A stretch of DNA of 64,000 nt from Octopus vulgaris. Taxonomy: Eukaryota. A program made the position numbers and the translations under genes. Of the stretch, positions 25,892 to 43,686 are shown one piece after another. The stretch spans positions 85,498,001 to 85,562,000 of the forward strand of contig OX597822.1 of NCBI GenBank assembly GCA_951406725.2, given 5' to 3'. Below the pieces are notes generated by a model. That model saw only the letters and a list, made by a program, of their open reading frames with translations, was not told where the DNA came from and searched no databases. Position 1 is the stretch's first letter; each line of letters opens with the position of its first letter.

Positions 25892-26569
25892 TTGTTGCTG
25901 TTGTTGGTGGTAGTGGTGATGTTGGTGCTGTTGTTGTTGTTGCAGCTGCTACCACTACTAATGCTGTTGTTTTTATTTAACCCTAGGTCAGCCAAGTCTG
26001 AGAAGACCAATGATCAAAGCCATACCAACACTAACTAGCCAGTCTTTTATCGTGATCCAATGTCACCGTCTTTTCAAGACAAGAAGGAAATACGTCTGTT
26101 CTTTCCGTCATGTCGATCGGTTACGAAGTGATTTCCTCGATGACTGAAGACAAGATTGGTTCCCAATCGATGCACAAGCGGGATGGGTTGGCTGCAGATA
26201 ATCGATTAAACCTACATCAGTGTTTCACAGACACAGATCTTATTGGACTCCGGAGGGATAAAAGATGATGTCGGTCCTAGCTGGAAGTGAACCAGAAACA
26301 TTTTCTCACTCAATTAAATAATCTTCTGAGTAATCCACCGATTCTATTAATCCTTTTTGTCTGCAACAAAACGAAAGTGATATTCTAGAAACTGATGGAA
26401 CTGTTTGGCGCCAGACCACCACCACCACCATCGCCATCATTAACATTACCACCACCATTAACATCATAACCATCACTACCACCATCATCATCATCATCAT
26501 CAATAACGCGACCAACATGAACATCTGCAATACTATCAACACCATCATCGTTATCATCATTAACACAAC

Positions 26570-26610
<41 letters not shown>

Positions 26611-26751
26611 CCACCACCACCACCACCATCATCACCAATATTTCAGTCATTGTCAGTATTTTCATTCCTCCTTCCTCTTGCTTCTTCACTTCATTCGCTC
26701 TTAGCATCGGAGTCGATAGTATAAAGAAAGAAAGAAAGAAAGAAAGAAGGA

Positions 26752-26835
<84 letters not shown>

Positions 26836-27209
26836 AAAGAAAAAGCGAGAACGTTACAAAAAGCAAACTGGTGAAGAGAGAAAGCCATGTTGTCTCCTAT
26901 TGCAGTTGTCTCCCTTCGTACTTCGATCTCCCTAATTGCTGTAGAACTACAATTAACATATATTTAATGTAGACGTTCTATGAGGAAGGCTCTGTTTGCA
27001 GAACGTGACCCCTGCCGCTGGCACCAAGCAAAACAAAAATGCCCACCCGCATTTCACCCTCTTTCCTTTTACAGATGTATTTCTATGTATTTATACAGCT
27101 TTTTTTTGTTGTTGTTGTTGTTTGTTACGTTTTTTGCTGTTTATTTTTCTGATTTGTGAGATCGGGATGAGGAGAAACGGCTGTCTAATGTGTGTGTAAT
27201 GTGTGTGTA

Positions 27210-27268
<59 letters not shown>

Positions 27269-27312
27269 TGTGTGTGAGTGTGTGCGTGCGCGCGCACGTG
27301 TGTGTATATATC

Positions 27313-27406
<94 letters not shown>

Positions 27407-27612
27407 CATATTTGCATATGTGTGTTTGTGTGCCTGTGTATATGTTTGTATTAGGTGTTTATGTCTGTGATAATGTCTGTAGCTATTCAATTTGTCGTCC
27501 TCTTTGAATTATTATTATTAAATGATTGTTATTGTTATTATTAAAGTAAGAGAATATCTTGTTGATAAGTTCTTTCTGATACCTCAATTAACACTTTTAA
27601 ACAGCCTCCCCC

Positions 27613-27695
<83 letters not shown>

Positions 27696-28686
27696 CACCA
27701 GCATCTCTCGCAATATACCCCTTATTATATTTCTGCCTTGTCGGTTCGACTGTTTACTCAACATCTAAAACCAAAACAATACAAAATTGTAGAAAAAAAA
27801 AGAAAAACAATAATGGCAGACAGGAAATGTATTGAAGCGGACGGTGTAGCAGTCATTTTGAAAAACATATTTATGTCTTGATAGATTTATTTATTTATCC
27901 ATCCATTTATTGTTGTAAGATAAACCTGGCTAGCTGACTTGCAGGATGGTTGGTTGGCTAGCTGGCTGGTTGGCTAGCTGGCGGGCCGGCTGGCCGGCTG
28001 ACTGGCTGGCTGGCTAATGTTCCTGTTCGCCTTTTACAATGACAATTCTCATATTTCCCATTTTTACCTCTCGTGTTTGTTACCTGATTTTTTTTTTTGT
28101 TCTTATCTTTTACTCGTTTCAGTCACAAGACTGCTGGCCATGCTGGGGCACCACCTTGAAGAATTTTTAGTCGAACGAATCGACCCCCAGCACTTGAATT
28201 TTTTTTTCAAACCTGGTGCTTATTCTATCGGTGTCTTTTGCCGAACTGCTAAGTTGATGATGATGATACCTTCTCCAAATCTATTAGAACTGTAAGGGGA
28301 ATGAAGTGCAGGATTGAACGCATATATATATATATATATATATACATATGCGTATGTCTTCTACTGTAGCCCTGGGCCAACTAAAGCCTTGTGAGTGGAT
28401 TTGGTAGACGGAAACTGAAAGAAGCCCGTCTGTGTCTGTGCTTTACCATAGCCCTTGTCAGCCCAGGACTATAGAAGAATACACTTGTCCACGGTACCCA
28501 CTAAACCCGGAACGGTGTGGCTGGGAAGCAAACTTCTTACCACACAGCCACGCCTGCGCCAATGAAATGTTCAGAGAAATTAACTAAAGAAAGTCTAAAT
28601 GAGATGCACTTTGGACATAGGCCAGCTCGATCAGGCTTGGCCCCGGTTAAACATCAGCAATACTCTTCTAATATCAGTAAATCAAC

Positions 28687-29096
28687 TCAAGGCGTCGAGC
28701 TGGCAGAATCGTTAGCACGCCGGGCGAAATGCTTAGCGGCATTTCGTCTGCCGTTACGTTCTGAGATCAAATTCCACCGAGGTCGACTTTGCCTTTCATC
28801 CTTTTGGGGTCGATAAATTAAGTACCAGTTACGCCCTGGAGTCGATATAATCGATTTAATCCGTTTGTCTGTCCTTGTTTGTCCTCCCTGTGTTTAGCCC
28901 CTTGTGGGTAGTAAAGAAATAGGTATTTCGTCTGCCGTTACGTTCTGAGTTCAAATTCCGCCAAGTTCGACTTTGCCTTTCATCCTTTCGGGGTCGATAA
29001 ATTAAGTACCAGTTGCTTACTGGGGTTGATCTAATCGACTGGCCCCCTCACCCCACCCCCCAAAAAATTTCGAGCTTTGTGCCTAGAGTAGAAAAG
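28687..29096 (+). mobile_element. Dimeric SINE family A insertion
   Basis: A full unit joined to a second 5'-truncated unit; 17-bp TSD aata(t/c)cagtaaatcaac at 28670-28686 and 29097-29113. Confidence 0.85.
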
Positions 29097-29714
29097 AATA
29101 CCAGTAAATCAACAGAAACAATACTTCTCATAGCCACTTGATGGCTTTAATGTTTATACTGCAACTTGTAGACCCCATTAGAATCCTACTGTTACGATGT
29201 CTAATCTGACCTGTCGACGTATGCGAGAGAAGGAGCGGAAGCAAGACACACTGACCCAAGATGACAAAGTAATCCATTTCTTATGGTTGATCTAATATAT
29301 CTCCCAGATCAACGCTACTATACAGCATAGCCATGGGGGGAATATTTCGAGTTCAAACCAGGGCGCCAGTTTGAGAATAACGCCCCTCTCTCTCCCCCTA
29401 ACAATTTTCAAGGTTCCGCAAACAGACATACAGACAGACAGATTGATTATTTGGACGGGAAGACACAGCGTTGATACATGAAATAAGATTCGTGAATAGT
29501 TTTACTCGATCTTTGAACCCATTTCGTCAAATATACTCATGCCGATTCGATGTAAAGGAAACATCATTTGTTCTGTAATATCGTCTGAGACTCTTCATGG
29601 TGAAAATCTATCCCGCTTCAATATTCTGAAAATAAAAGGCAGCGAACAGGCATAATCATTACTGCATCGAGAAAATTGCTTAGCAGCATTTTTCCCGTTT
29701 TTTCGTGTTAGGGA

Positions 29715-30220
29715 GCATATGAGAATCAAATCAGATTTGGGAGAGTAATCAACCAATTCAGGAGAATTGGATTAAAGACAAGGACGTGTGTGCTGGAGCA
29801 TTGTGTGCTAGGCCCCTTTTGTCAGGTTTCCTGGGCGTTTGGTCATGATAGCCTTTCGGAACTGCCTCAGCAAGTTTACATAGTACTCTCAATTGATAGT
29901 GTGGCCGTTTTGAAAATGGTTAATAAACACAGTGCTTTTTGCATCCTAAAAATCTGAAGCCATCACATTCCCTGCAGACGAAACGACCATGGCCATCTTT
30001 AGAGCAGGTGAGGAGGAGTGTTTCCACAGCATGGGTTGTCTCTTTGTCTTACCCTGGCTTAGGAAACATTTAAAAAACCAGCTGGATCTGCCTCAAACAA
30101 TGTCAGGCTTTCCCTTGATGTGATCAACCTAATGTGATTTTAATTTCGTGTCAGAAGACGTGGCATCCACCGAGCAGAAACCATCGTCATGCCAGGTTCA
30201 TTGTGCAGAATGTTCTGCTG
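29715..30220 (-). pseudogene. Degenerate mariner transposase (central part)
   Basis: SARWMPRLLT (WVPxxL motif), SAGNVMASDF, EYYVNLLRQFRKAI..KRPG, HNAPAHTS, with stops. Confidence 0.7.
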
Positions 30221-30451
30221 TGTTGAACTCGTTCGAAGAACAAGATGTCGACAAAAAGTATATTAAGCTGAAGGAAAATGTCTTGCCGGGAGGCGCGAAT
30301 ATTGCCAGACAACACAGAGAGGGATAACATTCAGAAGAAGAAAGACGAAACCGATAAACATCATCTCACCCAAACCTTTTACAGCATACTTGGAAAACAT
30401 CTTCAGAATTGAATATTAGGGTAAGCGAGGAATAAATATCAATGAAAATGA

Positions 30452-30774
30452 CCGTATTTGATGGCCTATGAGACGCACCTTTTTTTTTTATCCAAAAATG
30501 GCTTTTAAAATCCCCCTGCGTCCAATACACTTTATGGAGGCTCAAAACGGTATGTATGTTTACAAAATGTGTGCTGACATCTATTGGTGAACAATCGCCT
30601 ACGGTATGTTTATATCGACCGTGGATTGCTTATAATTACCAGTAATAACATAAGGTTATACAGATAAGTTTAGGAATTAAAGCATTATTTTAGTGGTGAT
30701 TTATTTTACAAAAGTATAGCCTAGGCTAGGGTGCATCCTATGCACTCATCCGTCTTAGAGGCCATCAAATACGA
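30452..30774. mobile_element. pogo/Tigger-like MITE
   Basis: TIRs ccgtatttgatggcctatgagacg and cgtcttagaggccatcaaatacga match 21/24; TA follows the right end. Confidence 0.65.
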
Positions 30775-30804
30775 TACTTATATCATCTCTTATTCACTGA
30801 TAAC

Positions 30805-31322
30805 AACATCATCATCATCATCATCATCATCATCATTTGATCGAGCTTGCTCGGACACTTTTAACCTGCACAGGTCACTCATCTCGAGCCTGCCATTAGG
30901 TGAAAGCATTCAGTGTCTCTGGCGAGTTGATCTACATACGATGTGTTCGGACGACCGGCTCGAGTGCAGCTATGCTTTGGCACCCATATCAGTAGGTCGC
31001 TGGCCAGTTCTTGTTTATCTCACCAGCAATATCCCGCAAAGCACATGAGCTCTCTGTACAGCTGTTCCTTGTTGGGATAAGTTCTTCACGATATATTTAA
31101 GACTGTTCTTAACATACGTGTGTAAATTCCATCCAACTTGGATTCCAGTGTTTTTGGTAAGCATTCAGGCGGTTGCTCCATATAAAAGGACTGACTCTAA
31201 AGTTGCATGGAAAAGTTTCTCATAGGGTTGTCTGACAGGATTGACTTCCAGACAACATCTAATTTATTTAGGGCCGACCATGTTTTGGCTGAGTTTTTAC
31301 ATCCTTTTCACTTGAAACACTC
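30805..31322 (-). mobile_element. Degenerate 3' end of an RTE-type LINE with (GAT)n tail
   Basis: WSALNKLDVVWKS, ATLESVLLYGATA, KLDGIYTRMLR, FAGYCW, AGRPNTSYVDQL, then a tgatgatga tail. Confidence 0.75.
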
Positions 31323-31377
31323 TCAGAACTCGGGTCCGTGTGTATCACGTCAGGCTGGAGATGGGACACAGACACGC

Positions 31378-31471
<94 letters not shown>

Positions 31472-31516
31472 TACGGGCTTCTTTCAGTTTCCGTCTACCA
31501 AATCCACACACAAGAC

Positions 31517-32215
<699 letters not shown>

Positions 32216-32226
32216 TATATTACACC

Positions 32227-32258
<32 letters not shown>

Positions 32259-33275
32259 GCGCATGCGCGCATTTGTATTTGTGAATGAGTGCGTGTGCGT
32301 TTATGCATAAACACGTAGAGTGTGTATGCTTTTGCACATAAAGGTATATGTGTATATGTGCAAGGGTTTTATTTTTACAGATCTTTTGTAAATGTATATG
32401 TGCAAGTATGTTTCCGATGTGCTGTTGAAAATGAGGCGTGAGAAGGGTGACTGAGCAGGAAAGAGGCGAAGAAAGACGGGGAGAGACGGGGAGAGACGGT
32501 CAGAGGGAAAAAAAACAAAAGAAAAATGAAATATGAAATGAAAAAAAAGCGTTGGAGAAGCGAATGACAGTGAGGTAGTCACATACATACATACATACAT
32601 ACATACATACATACATACACACACACACTCACATATATATATGTAAAGGGAAAGAGGTGGGAAGAAATATGGATAATAGTGAGAGACTGGGAAACAGTGA
32701 ATACATAGGGGAACACGTGCAAGAACAATGCGAGAGCACGTTTAGTAATAGAGAGACGTTACGTGGTTGTAGTGTTGTTTTCTAAGGGACAAGCTTTTCA
32801 CCAGAGTCTGGATTTAATGTAACGTTTGTTATTGTTGCTTGTAGTTTTGTGATTTTAGGCCAGCGTCTTGAGCGGTCGTTCGGACTCAACGAATAATGGA
32901 CGCCATTATTCTTAAACAACAGACGGACAGACAGAGGGGGAAAATAAGCTTTATTTCTCTATTTGTAATAGGGTGGATTGTTGGCTGGAAGAGAAAAGGT
33001 GAGCGAGTATTTCAAGTACGAGTGTAGCTTCGATACAATTTGCGGTAATTTTTGACCTGTTTTATTTAATTATAAGCATTATGTACTTTTCCAATGAGCA
33101 GACGACCGCAGAATTGTTGCTGTATAATTTGTCAGTACGTAAAACGATCAGGTTAAACAGTAGGTTGGTTGGTGAATAAACGAGTTGTGAATGAGGGAAA
33201 TTCTGTGGTCAGATCGGCTACTCAGGCGAGTTTTCTTCTATTGATCGTTTATTTGGTTTTTCCTGTGCTGAAGAA

Positions 33276-33334
<59 letters not shown>

Positions 33335-34639
33335 TCTGTGTATAAACATAAATACATATACATGTGTGTTTGCTTTTACTCGTGAATGTATATGCATATG
33401 TGTGCATGTACGTGCGAAATAAGGCAACTGGTCACCTGCTTGTCTATATATCCATATACATCCATCTACCATTCCCATTCTGTATTGTGGCAAGAATATA
33501 CAGACTAAAATAAGAAACAGAAAGGCAAAGTTACGTCATGATTGAACAAAAAGAAAACTCCTTGCAAACAAACGTGCATGCACATACATAAAAAAAAAAA
33601 GGTTTGGCTCTTCCAATGTTTTCACCATTACTATTAACCGCAGTTGGGTTACATGCGATGAATAAGAAAAATATTAAGTGGTTTGCTAACATTATTTTGG
33701 GGGTGATTAAGCAAGGTAGACAACTCCAAACATGTTTATAAATTATGAGGCTTCATCGGCTGAAGGAATACCCTTTGCCGTTACTTACTGGCATTGCATC
33801 AACTAACTTTTATAGAAATGTTCATAAAACTATCGAGTAACACTGTACATACTCCAGCATGACCCTACTTTAATGGCCTCTGTTCCTCAGAATTGATTTG
33901 TCTCTTATCTCCAATACTTTGGCACTCACTACTCGTTTGTAACTCGAACTCTCATCACTCCAACCTTGTGACCCCGCCTTAACCACTTCTTCCCCCAACA
34001 TCAATCCCTCTAGAACTTTCTCCCTGTCCATGTTCTTCATGCGTGTGCCGACTCGCAATAGTTTAAGCGAAACATTAACATTAATCTTACTTCATTAATT
34101 CTTCACCAAAACAAAGGGCCACAAATGTGGAGGGAAATTCTTCATCGATTAAATCGACCCCAGTACTTGAATGGTACTTTAATTTATTGACCGTCGGCAG
34201 AATGACAGGTTAAGAGGATTTGAACTCAGAATGTAAAAAGCCGGAACAAATACTGTAAAATATTTTGTCCGACGCTCAACCGATTCGACCACTGGACACC
34301 AGGTTAAATGGTATGAAACTGGGCGGTTAAAAGGAGATAAAAGAGAAACATAGAAAAGAAAGATTTGACTTCGAGGAAGATTATGCTGAGAAGTTAGGGG
34401 GTGAGGTCGATTATAACTGTAGTAGGAGGGGGTGGTTGGAATTATGTGAGAGAGTGTCATCTGTGAAGAGTAGGAGTAAGAGGCAGAGAAAGGAGAGGTG
34501 AGAGGAGAAAGGGGAGGGAATGAGTTAATAAAGCAACAATGCAACTATTAAGGAAGAATAAAAAGAGAATAAAGGGGAAGAGGAGGAGGAAAATATAAGA
34601 TAAAGTATCAAGAAATATCGATGAAAGGATTACGAAGAC

Positions 34640-34794
<155 letters not shown>

Positions 34795-35650
34795 GGCAAA
34801 AGGGCGAGGTAACCGACTATTTGTAAAGTGGGAGAGACAGTGAGAGATGCACCGGTAAGACAACGAGAGACAGGAGGAATTGAATGGGAGAGAGAGAGGG
34901 GGGAGTGGGAGAGAGTAGCAAGCAGGTAGATCTGCTCAAAATAGGCTGAAACGGAGACAGTTTCATATTATATGACCGGTCGTAAAATAAAAAAATAAAA
35001 TAAAAATGAGAGAAGAGAGAAAAGAAGAAGAAGCGGGTATTAGAATGAACAACACAGAGAGAGAGAGAGAGAGAGAGAGAAGAAGTGGGGTGGGGGAGAA
35101 TGGACTGAAGAGGGTGGCTAACCAGTAAGCTAAACAAACAGACAACAGTATTAGTTTTTACTGATTCCGACTACAAGATAGTAAGCATCTAACAAGCTAT
35201 CAAGTGAAGTGCATTATGCCGGTGCACGTGTGGAGTATATATATCCGGGAAAATTTTGAAGGACGGAGTAAGAAATCCTCTTTTCATTGTTGATAGAAGG
35301 CCCCAGAGCCACAAGTATTGTCTCCTCTCTTCACACAGACACGAGGCAATACCACTTATTGTGTAATCCACTATTGTGTTATGATATCACAACTTAACTA
35401 ACCCACATCGTTTGAGTTTAAGGCAGCAAGTGTATTTTCATTATGGCAGACGACATATCGCCGTATCTATTACTTAGCATTTACTGCACTGTAATGAGAG
35501 GTGCACCGTTATCTTTTCTTTTAGGTCTAACCATCACCTATTAGCTCAATCTTTCTATCTATCACTCTCTCGTACTCTCTTTCCTCATTCCATCTCTATC
35601 TCCTTCCCTCCATTGCCCTCTCTCCATCTCTCTCTGTCTCCCTCTCTCTC

Positions 35651-35729
<79 letters not shown>

Positions 35730-35906
35730 GGAGATGTACTTGCATAGGAAGTGACCTGAGATCGTGTGCTGGAACGGAATTTTGTCAGTGAACAGGTCGC
35801 GGTCTCAAAGCGACGAAAATATTTTGGCAAATTAAAGTTAAATGTTGAAATGAATCTAACGGTTTTTGTGTTTTAAATGGCTTATAAACACCTTCCACGC
35901 TGCAAT

Positions 35907-35967
<61 letters not shown>

Positions 35968-36490
35968 TAAACTTATCTACCTATCCACTCGACTCATTCG
36001 CTTCTCGTCTTATCCTACGTATTACTCCTGAGGTTCCCCCCTAATTATTACGGCCAATCCTTAATCCCCAGAAAGATGTCAGTACCGTGAATCACATTCC
36101 ACCACCTCCATTCCATCTTACCTAAATATTTTCAGACAAATTATTTCTGTTAAATAGAATGGAATTTGGCTTAATCTCTCCATTGAACCTCACTGTGGCA
36201 TTGATATGATTAATCGGATATTTGTTATTCAGGAATACATTTTCAAAAATTCACTTATTTGTCCAGATTCCTTTTGCTCAATGTCGTATGCGTTTTACAA
36301 TCGGTTTCTCAGCGCTGTATTACAGACGAGACTTATAGATTAAGTAGCGTTCAATGGCAATTAGTTTAGATGACCTTTTCACCAAAACCTCAAGAAATGG
36401 CTATTGGCTCTAATGAGTTGGCTAAAAAAATCCGATCAGTTTTTAAGCGAAAATGAATTTTAAACTGGTTTTAAACACAAAGCGATTAAT

Positions 36491-36725
36491 TCAATCAATG
36501 ATGCAATTATCGTTTCGTTCCAGTTTCTTCTGCCATATTGTGAGCAGATCCATTTTTCCATGCTCAAAGAATTTCCTGTCTTTACTGGTGAAAAACTCTT
36601 TCAGGAGAATGTTGACATCCCATTTAGAGTTGAAGGTTTGTTCATTCAATGAATTTTTAAGACACCAAAATAGGAAGGCGCAAAGCCGAATGAATATGGA
36701 GAGTGCGGTAAAACTTCCCAGCCAC
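36491..36725 (-). pseudogene. mariner transposase C-terminal relic
   Basis: GWEVLPHSPYS..APS, then LKNSLNEQTF...FFTSKDRKFFEHG...WQK. Confidence 0.7.
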
Positions 36726-36997
36726 CCTCCAGTGACTTCTGTCGATTCCTCTTGTAAGAAATCCTCTTCAGCATTCTTTGACAGTTTTTCAGTAGCCCTG
36801 TCCCTTCTTCTTTTAATAGCTCTTCTTTTACTTCTTTGTTTCATTGACACATTGGATTGTCTTTTTATATTGTCTTGAGTAAACTGTGGGCTTCTTCATA
36901 CTCGACTCCGTTCTGATCCAGTTGCAATGTAAGCTTCTTTCAAATTGGTTTACTTCTTTCTTTCTTTTTTTCCTTTTTATTTCTGTCTTGTTTCTTA

Positions 36998-37223
36998 GTG
37001 CCAAACTAACACTGGAGCTTGAAGCAGTCCAACGCCACTACACTAAAATTATTGAAACAGTGCAGCGGATGAGCTACAGGGAGAGGCTGAAAAACAGCAG
37101 CTTTACTCCCTGGAGCGAAGGCGCGACTGATATGTAATAATCTACATATGGAAAACTCTAGAAGGGCTAAAACCTAATTACGGCATTGAGTGTTATACAA
37201 ATGCCAGAACTGGCCGCCGCTGT
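36998..37223 (+). pseudogene. CR1-like LINE fragment (post-RT)
   Basis: LELEAVQRHYTKII...MSYRERLK / LYSLERRR...IYIWKTLEGL.PN...NARTGRRC. Confidence 0.65.
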
Positions 37224-37277
37224 ATTACATATATATATATATATATATATACATACATACATATATAAATATATATG

Positions 37278-37308
<31 letters not shown>

Positions 37309-37374
37309 ATATGCACATACATATATATATATATATATATACATATATACATACATATATATATATATATACAC

Positions 37375-39732
<2,358 letters not shown>

Positions 39733-40204
39733 CATGCATATATATATGCATGCGCGCGTATCTTTTTGTTTGTGCTTGTCCCCATCCCCATCGACCGCTT
39801 AACAACGGATGGTGGTGTGTTTACCTACCCGTAACTTAGTAGTTCGGCAAAAGTGGACAATATAATAAGTAGCAGGCTTATAAAAAATATGTCTTGCAGT
39901 CGATAAATTCATTTCTTCAAGGCAGTGCCCCGCATGGCCGCAGATCTAATGACTGAAACAAGTAAAAGATGAAAGATAGAAGATAAACAACAACCACAGT
40001 AAAGTTGGTGGCGGGACAAACACACACACTCATGTAATGATTGAATTGTTCAATTAAATGGAGTCGCTTGAAACGGTAGTACTGCATCACTACTTGATAT
40101 CCTGTTGCTTATTTTGATTTTATACACCTTACTTCGATATGTGCGGATAATACCGGACTGACATGGTGCTTCAACTTAAGTACCTAATTCAACTGAATCT
40201 CAAT

Positions 40205-40310
<106 letters not shown>

Positions 40311-40479
40311 GTAGAGTTAGCAGTTTGACTAACCATCTATGGAATAAGAACATCCGTCTTTAGTACCGGTATCAATTACCTATATTAACCCTGGGCATAC
40401 ATATGCAAGCATACTATGCTCATAGAAGGATACAGGCAATAACAAAATAAACAAAAGTTTATAAGAAATCAAATTTAAT

Positions 40480-40768
40480 TTAAGCAGAAAATGGAGAAAA
40501 TTCTTGATCAACAAACAAATTGACTACCATCAATTATTATTTTTTAATACAAAACTTTATCATTTCTAACAGCCGTTTCTGCTTCCAATGACCTTCAGCG
40601 CTGCCAAAGAAAATTCTGAGAATGCTATTCGTCATATTCTATAGCACGTCCAATCTGTACCAGAAGCAGAAACAGTTGTTAGAAATGATAAAGTTTTGTA
40701 TTAAAAAATTATAATCGATGGTAGTAAATTTGTTTGTTGATCAAGAATTTTCTCCATTTTCTGCTTAA
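40480..40768. repeat. Inverted repeat (arms about 105 bp) with degenerate hammerhead-like topology
   Basis: ttaagcagaaaatggagaaaattcttgatc...ttctgcttc pairs with gaagcagaaac...ttctgcttaa. Plus strand also reads tgct...agca-GAAA-cagttg-TT-agaa. Confidence 0.7.
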
Positions 40769-40862
40769 TATATGTGTGTGTGTGTGTGTGTGTGTGCTTG
40801 TATGTATGTATGTATGTATGTATGTATGTATGTATGTATGTATGTATGTATGTATGTATGTA

Positions 40863-40966
<104 letters not shown>

Positions 40967-42279
40967 ACGAGATTCAAGACAGTTTCTGTCAATAAAATTC
41001 ATTCAAAACCCATTCGCTGGGTCGGAGCCTAAAGTGCCGCGCAGTGAGACTGAACCCAAAACCAAGTGGTTGCAAAGCAAATTTCTTTACTGCACAATCA
41101 CATACACACACAATCACACACATATTCACATACACACACATTCACATACACACACATATATACATACATGCATATACAAGCACGTAATCATATACACATG
41201 TGTGTAAATGTGTGTGCTCTTGCATTAATATACACACATAGATAAGCAATTATGTTTATCGTAATATATTTACATGTATATTTGTATGTATTCGCATACA
41301 CATACACACTCATACAAACACTTGCACACACACACACACACTCATGCACACACTTGCACACACACACTGATAGATACACTTTCACACACAAATTAACTAA
41401 TGCGTACAAATATTGACAAAGACAAATGTTTACTTGGGCATATACACGTACACAGGTATACATAATACACACATACATACATATGCATACAAACATACAT
41501 ACACGTACATACAGTCATACATACACGCATACGAATATATACATGGATACAAAGAAACATACATACGCAAACACATACACAAGAACATTCACAGACTCAT
41601 ACATACATACATCTATATATGCATGCATACATACATACATACATATATACATACATACATACATACATACATGCATACATACATACATACGTACATACAT
41701 ACATACATATATACATAATACATACATACATGCATACATACATAATACATGCATACATACACACATAATACATACATACATACATACATACATACATACA
41801 TACATACATACATACATACATACATACATACATACCTAAGACAAAGCGACAGTCTTTGTATTTTCTGCCGTCTACCTGCTCTGTGTACTCAACAGTGTTT
41901 GACCTGGGAAGGTACCAGGAGCCAATTAAAATAGATAAACACACAGAGATATACACTGTCACACACATACACGCACTCATACCCTCACACACACACACTC
42001 ACACGTACGCGCGCGCGCGCAGTCGCAGACACAGCTCCACTCTTCTGCACAGATTCATCTGGAAACAGAAAAGCATCGCAGAAAGCAAACATGGAATTCT
42101 TAAATAGGAAGAAGGAAAGGAGACGGAAGATCTTTTGTGTAGATGTCGATATAAATATGTATATATATAGAGAGATATATAGATACATGTACGTGTATAC
42201 ACTCTGTCCACATATGCACACATACATGCAAGCTCACATACGAAGACGAACGCAAACACACACACACACAGATAGAGAA

Positions 42280-42310
<31 letters not shown>

Positions 42311-42455
42311 CTTACATACATGCATACATTCATACATATGTATCTGTATATATATATATATACACACACACACATACACTCACATAACCAAGCACACACT
42401 ACACACGCACGCGCGCGCACATACATGCACACACACACAAACACACACACACAAA

Positions 42456-42501
<46 letters not shown>

Positions 42502-43424
42502 AATGTAACTAGAACTCCAATTTCGAACACTATTATTTCACTCACATTACACTGCTTGCCCTTTCTCCAATCACCAATCACATCAGTCATTTCTCAATTT
42601 AAATAACTCATAATTCACATTACCCTTTATCAAAGTTCATTCAACATTTTATTTTACCTCATTTCTCCATTGTCTTTTTAATGTGTTTAAATCGATTTTC
42701 TTTTGTAATCTCGAATTCAAAAATTGTTTTATTGTGATCATAAAATTGCCCAAATGATATCCCTATTCGTGATACTAATTATATGTGCAAAAACTAGGTT
42801 CAGCTATTATTAAACACCCTCCCATCAGCTTCAAATGGAACAGACTGTATAAGTACATCTGAAGGGATTTCCAGGAGATTAAATTACAAAGAACATATTG
42901 ATCACTTTATCAAATGTTCAACTTTCTTATAAAGATTGACCGATTATCGATTTAGACACAGTCTGAAATCCAATATCCAACCAATCGAAATTTTTTTTAT
43001 GTGTTATTCAATCGTTTAGAAAATAAGAATTTCCATATTTTTTTTTGTAATTTCTCTTGACTGGCACCAGAATTGAGTTAATTTCTGCTGCTTTTCCAAA
43101 ACCAGGCAATTAAAATCGAATTCATTGTAATCAGTCATGCATCCAGACGGATCTGTTAACTCCAATATTTTTACAGAAAATTCCACCAGTTTCCAACAAG
43201 CAAACTGTTATTCCGTCAGTTTTTTAACTCCACAAATTCAAATCCTGTACAATTATCCAATTATACAGTATTCTTATATTTCAACAATTATGGCATCAAT
43301 TCATATTTCTATTTCAAGCCTCTACCATTAGATAATCCTTAATTCTTCAATAGAATGTCTTATAATAATCCTTTGTTGCACAATTAACTCTGGATATTAT
43401 GAAGAAAAAAAAAGAAGAAAAAAA

Positions 43425-43595
43425 TTATTACATTATTTACATTTGACGGATATTTGTCCTCATCTTGTTTGTTGTTAACAAAACGTTTCAACTGATATAC
43501 CCTCCAGCCTTCATCAGGTGTCTTGGGGAAATTTCGAACCTGGGTTCTTATTCCTAAGGTATTTTTCGATGTTATTATTATCATCATCATTATTA

Positions 43596-43686
<91 letters not shown>

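Noticed and set aside
33870-34058. 62-aa ORF with protein-like composition
   Set aside because: No diagnostic motif or splice context recognised.
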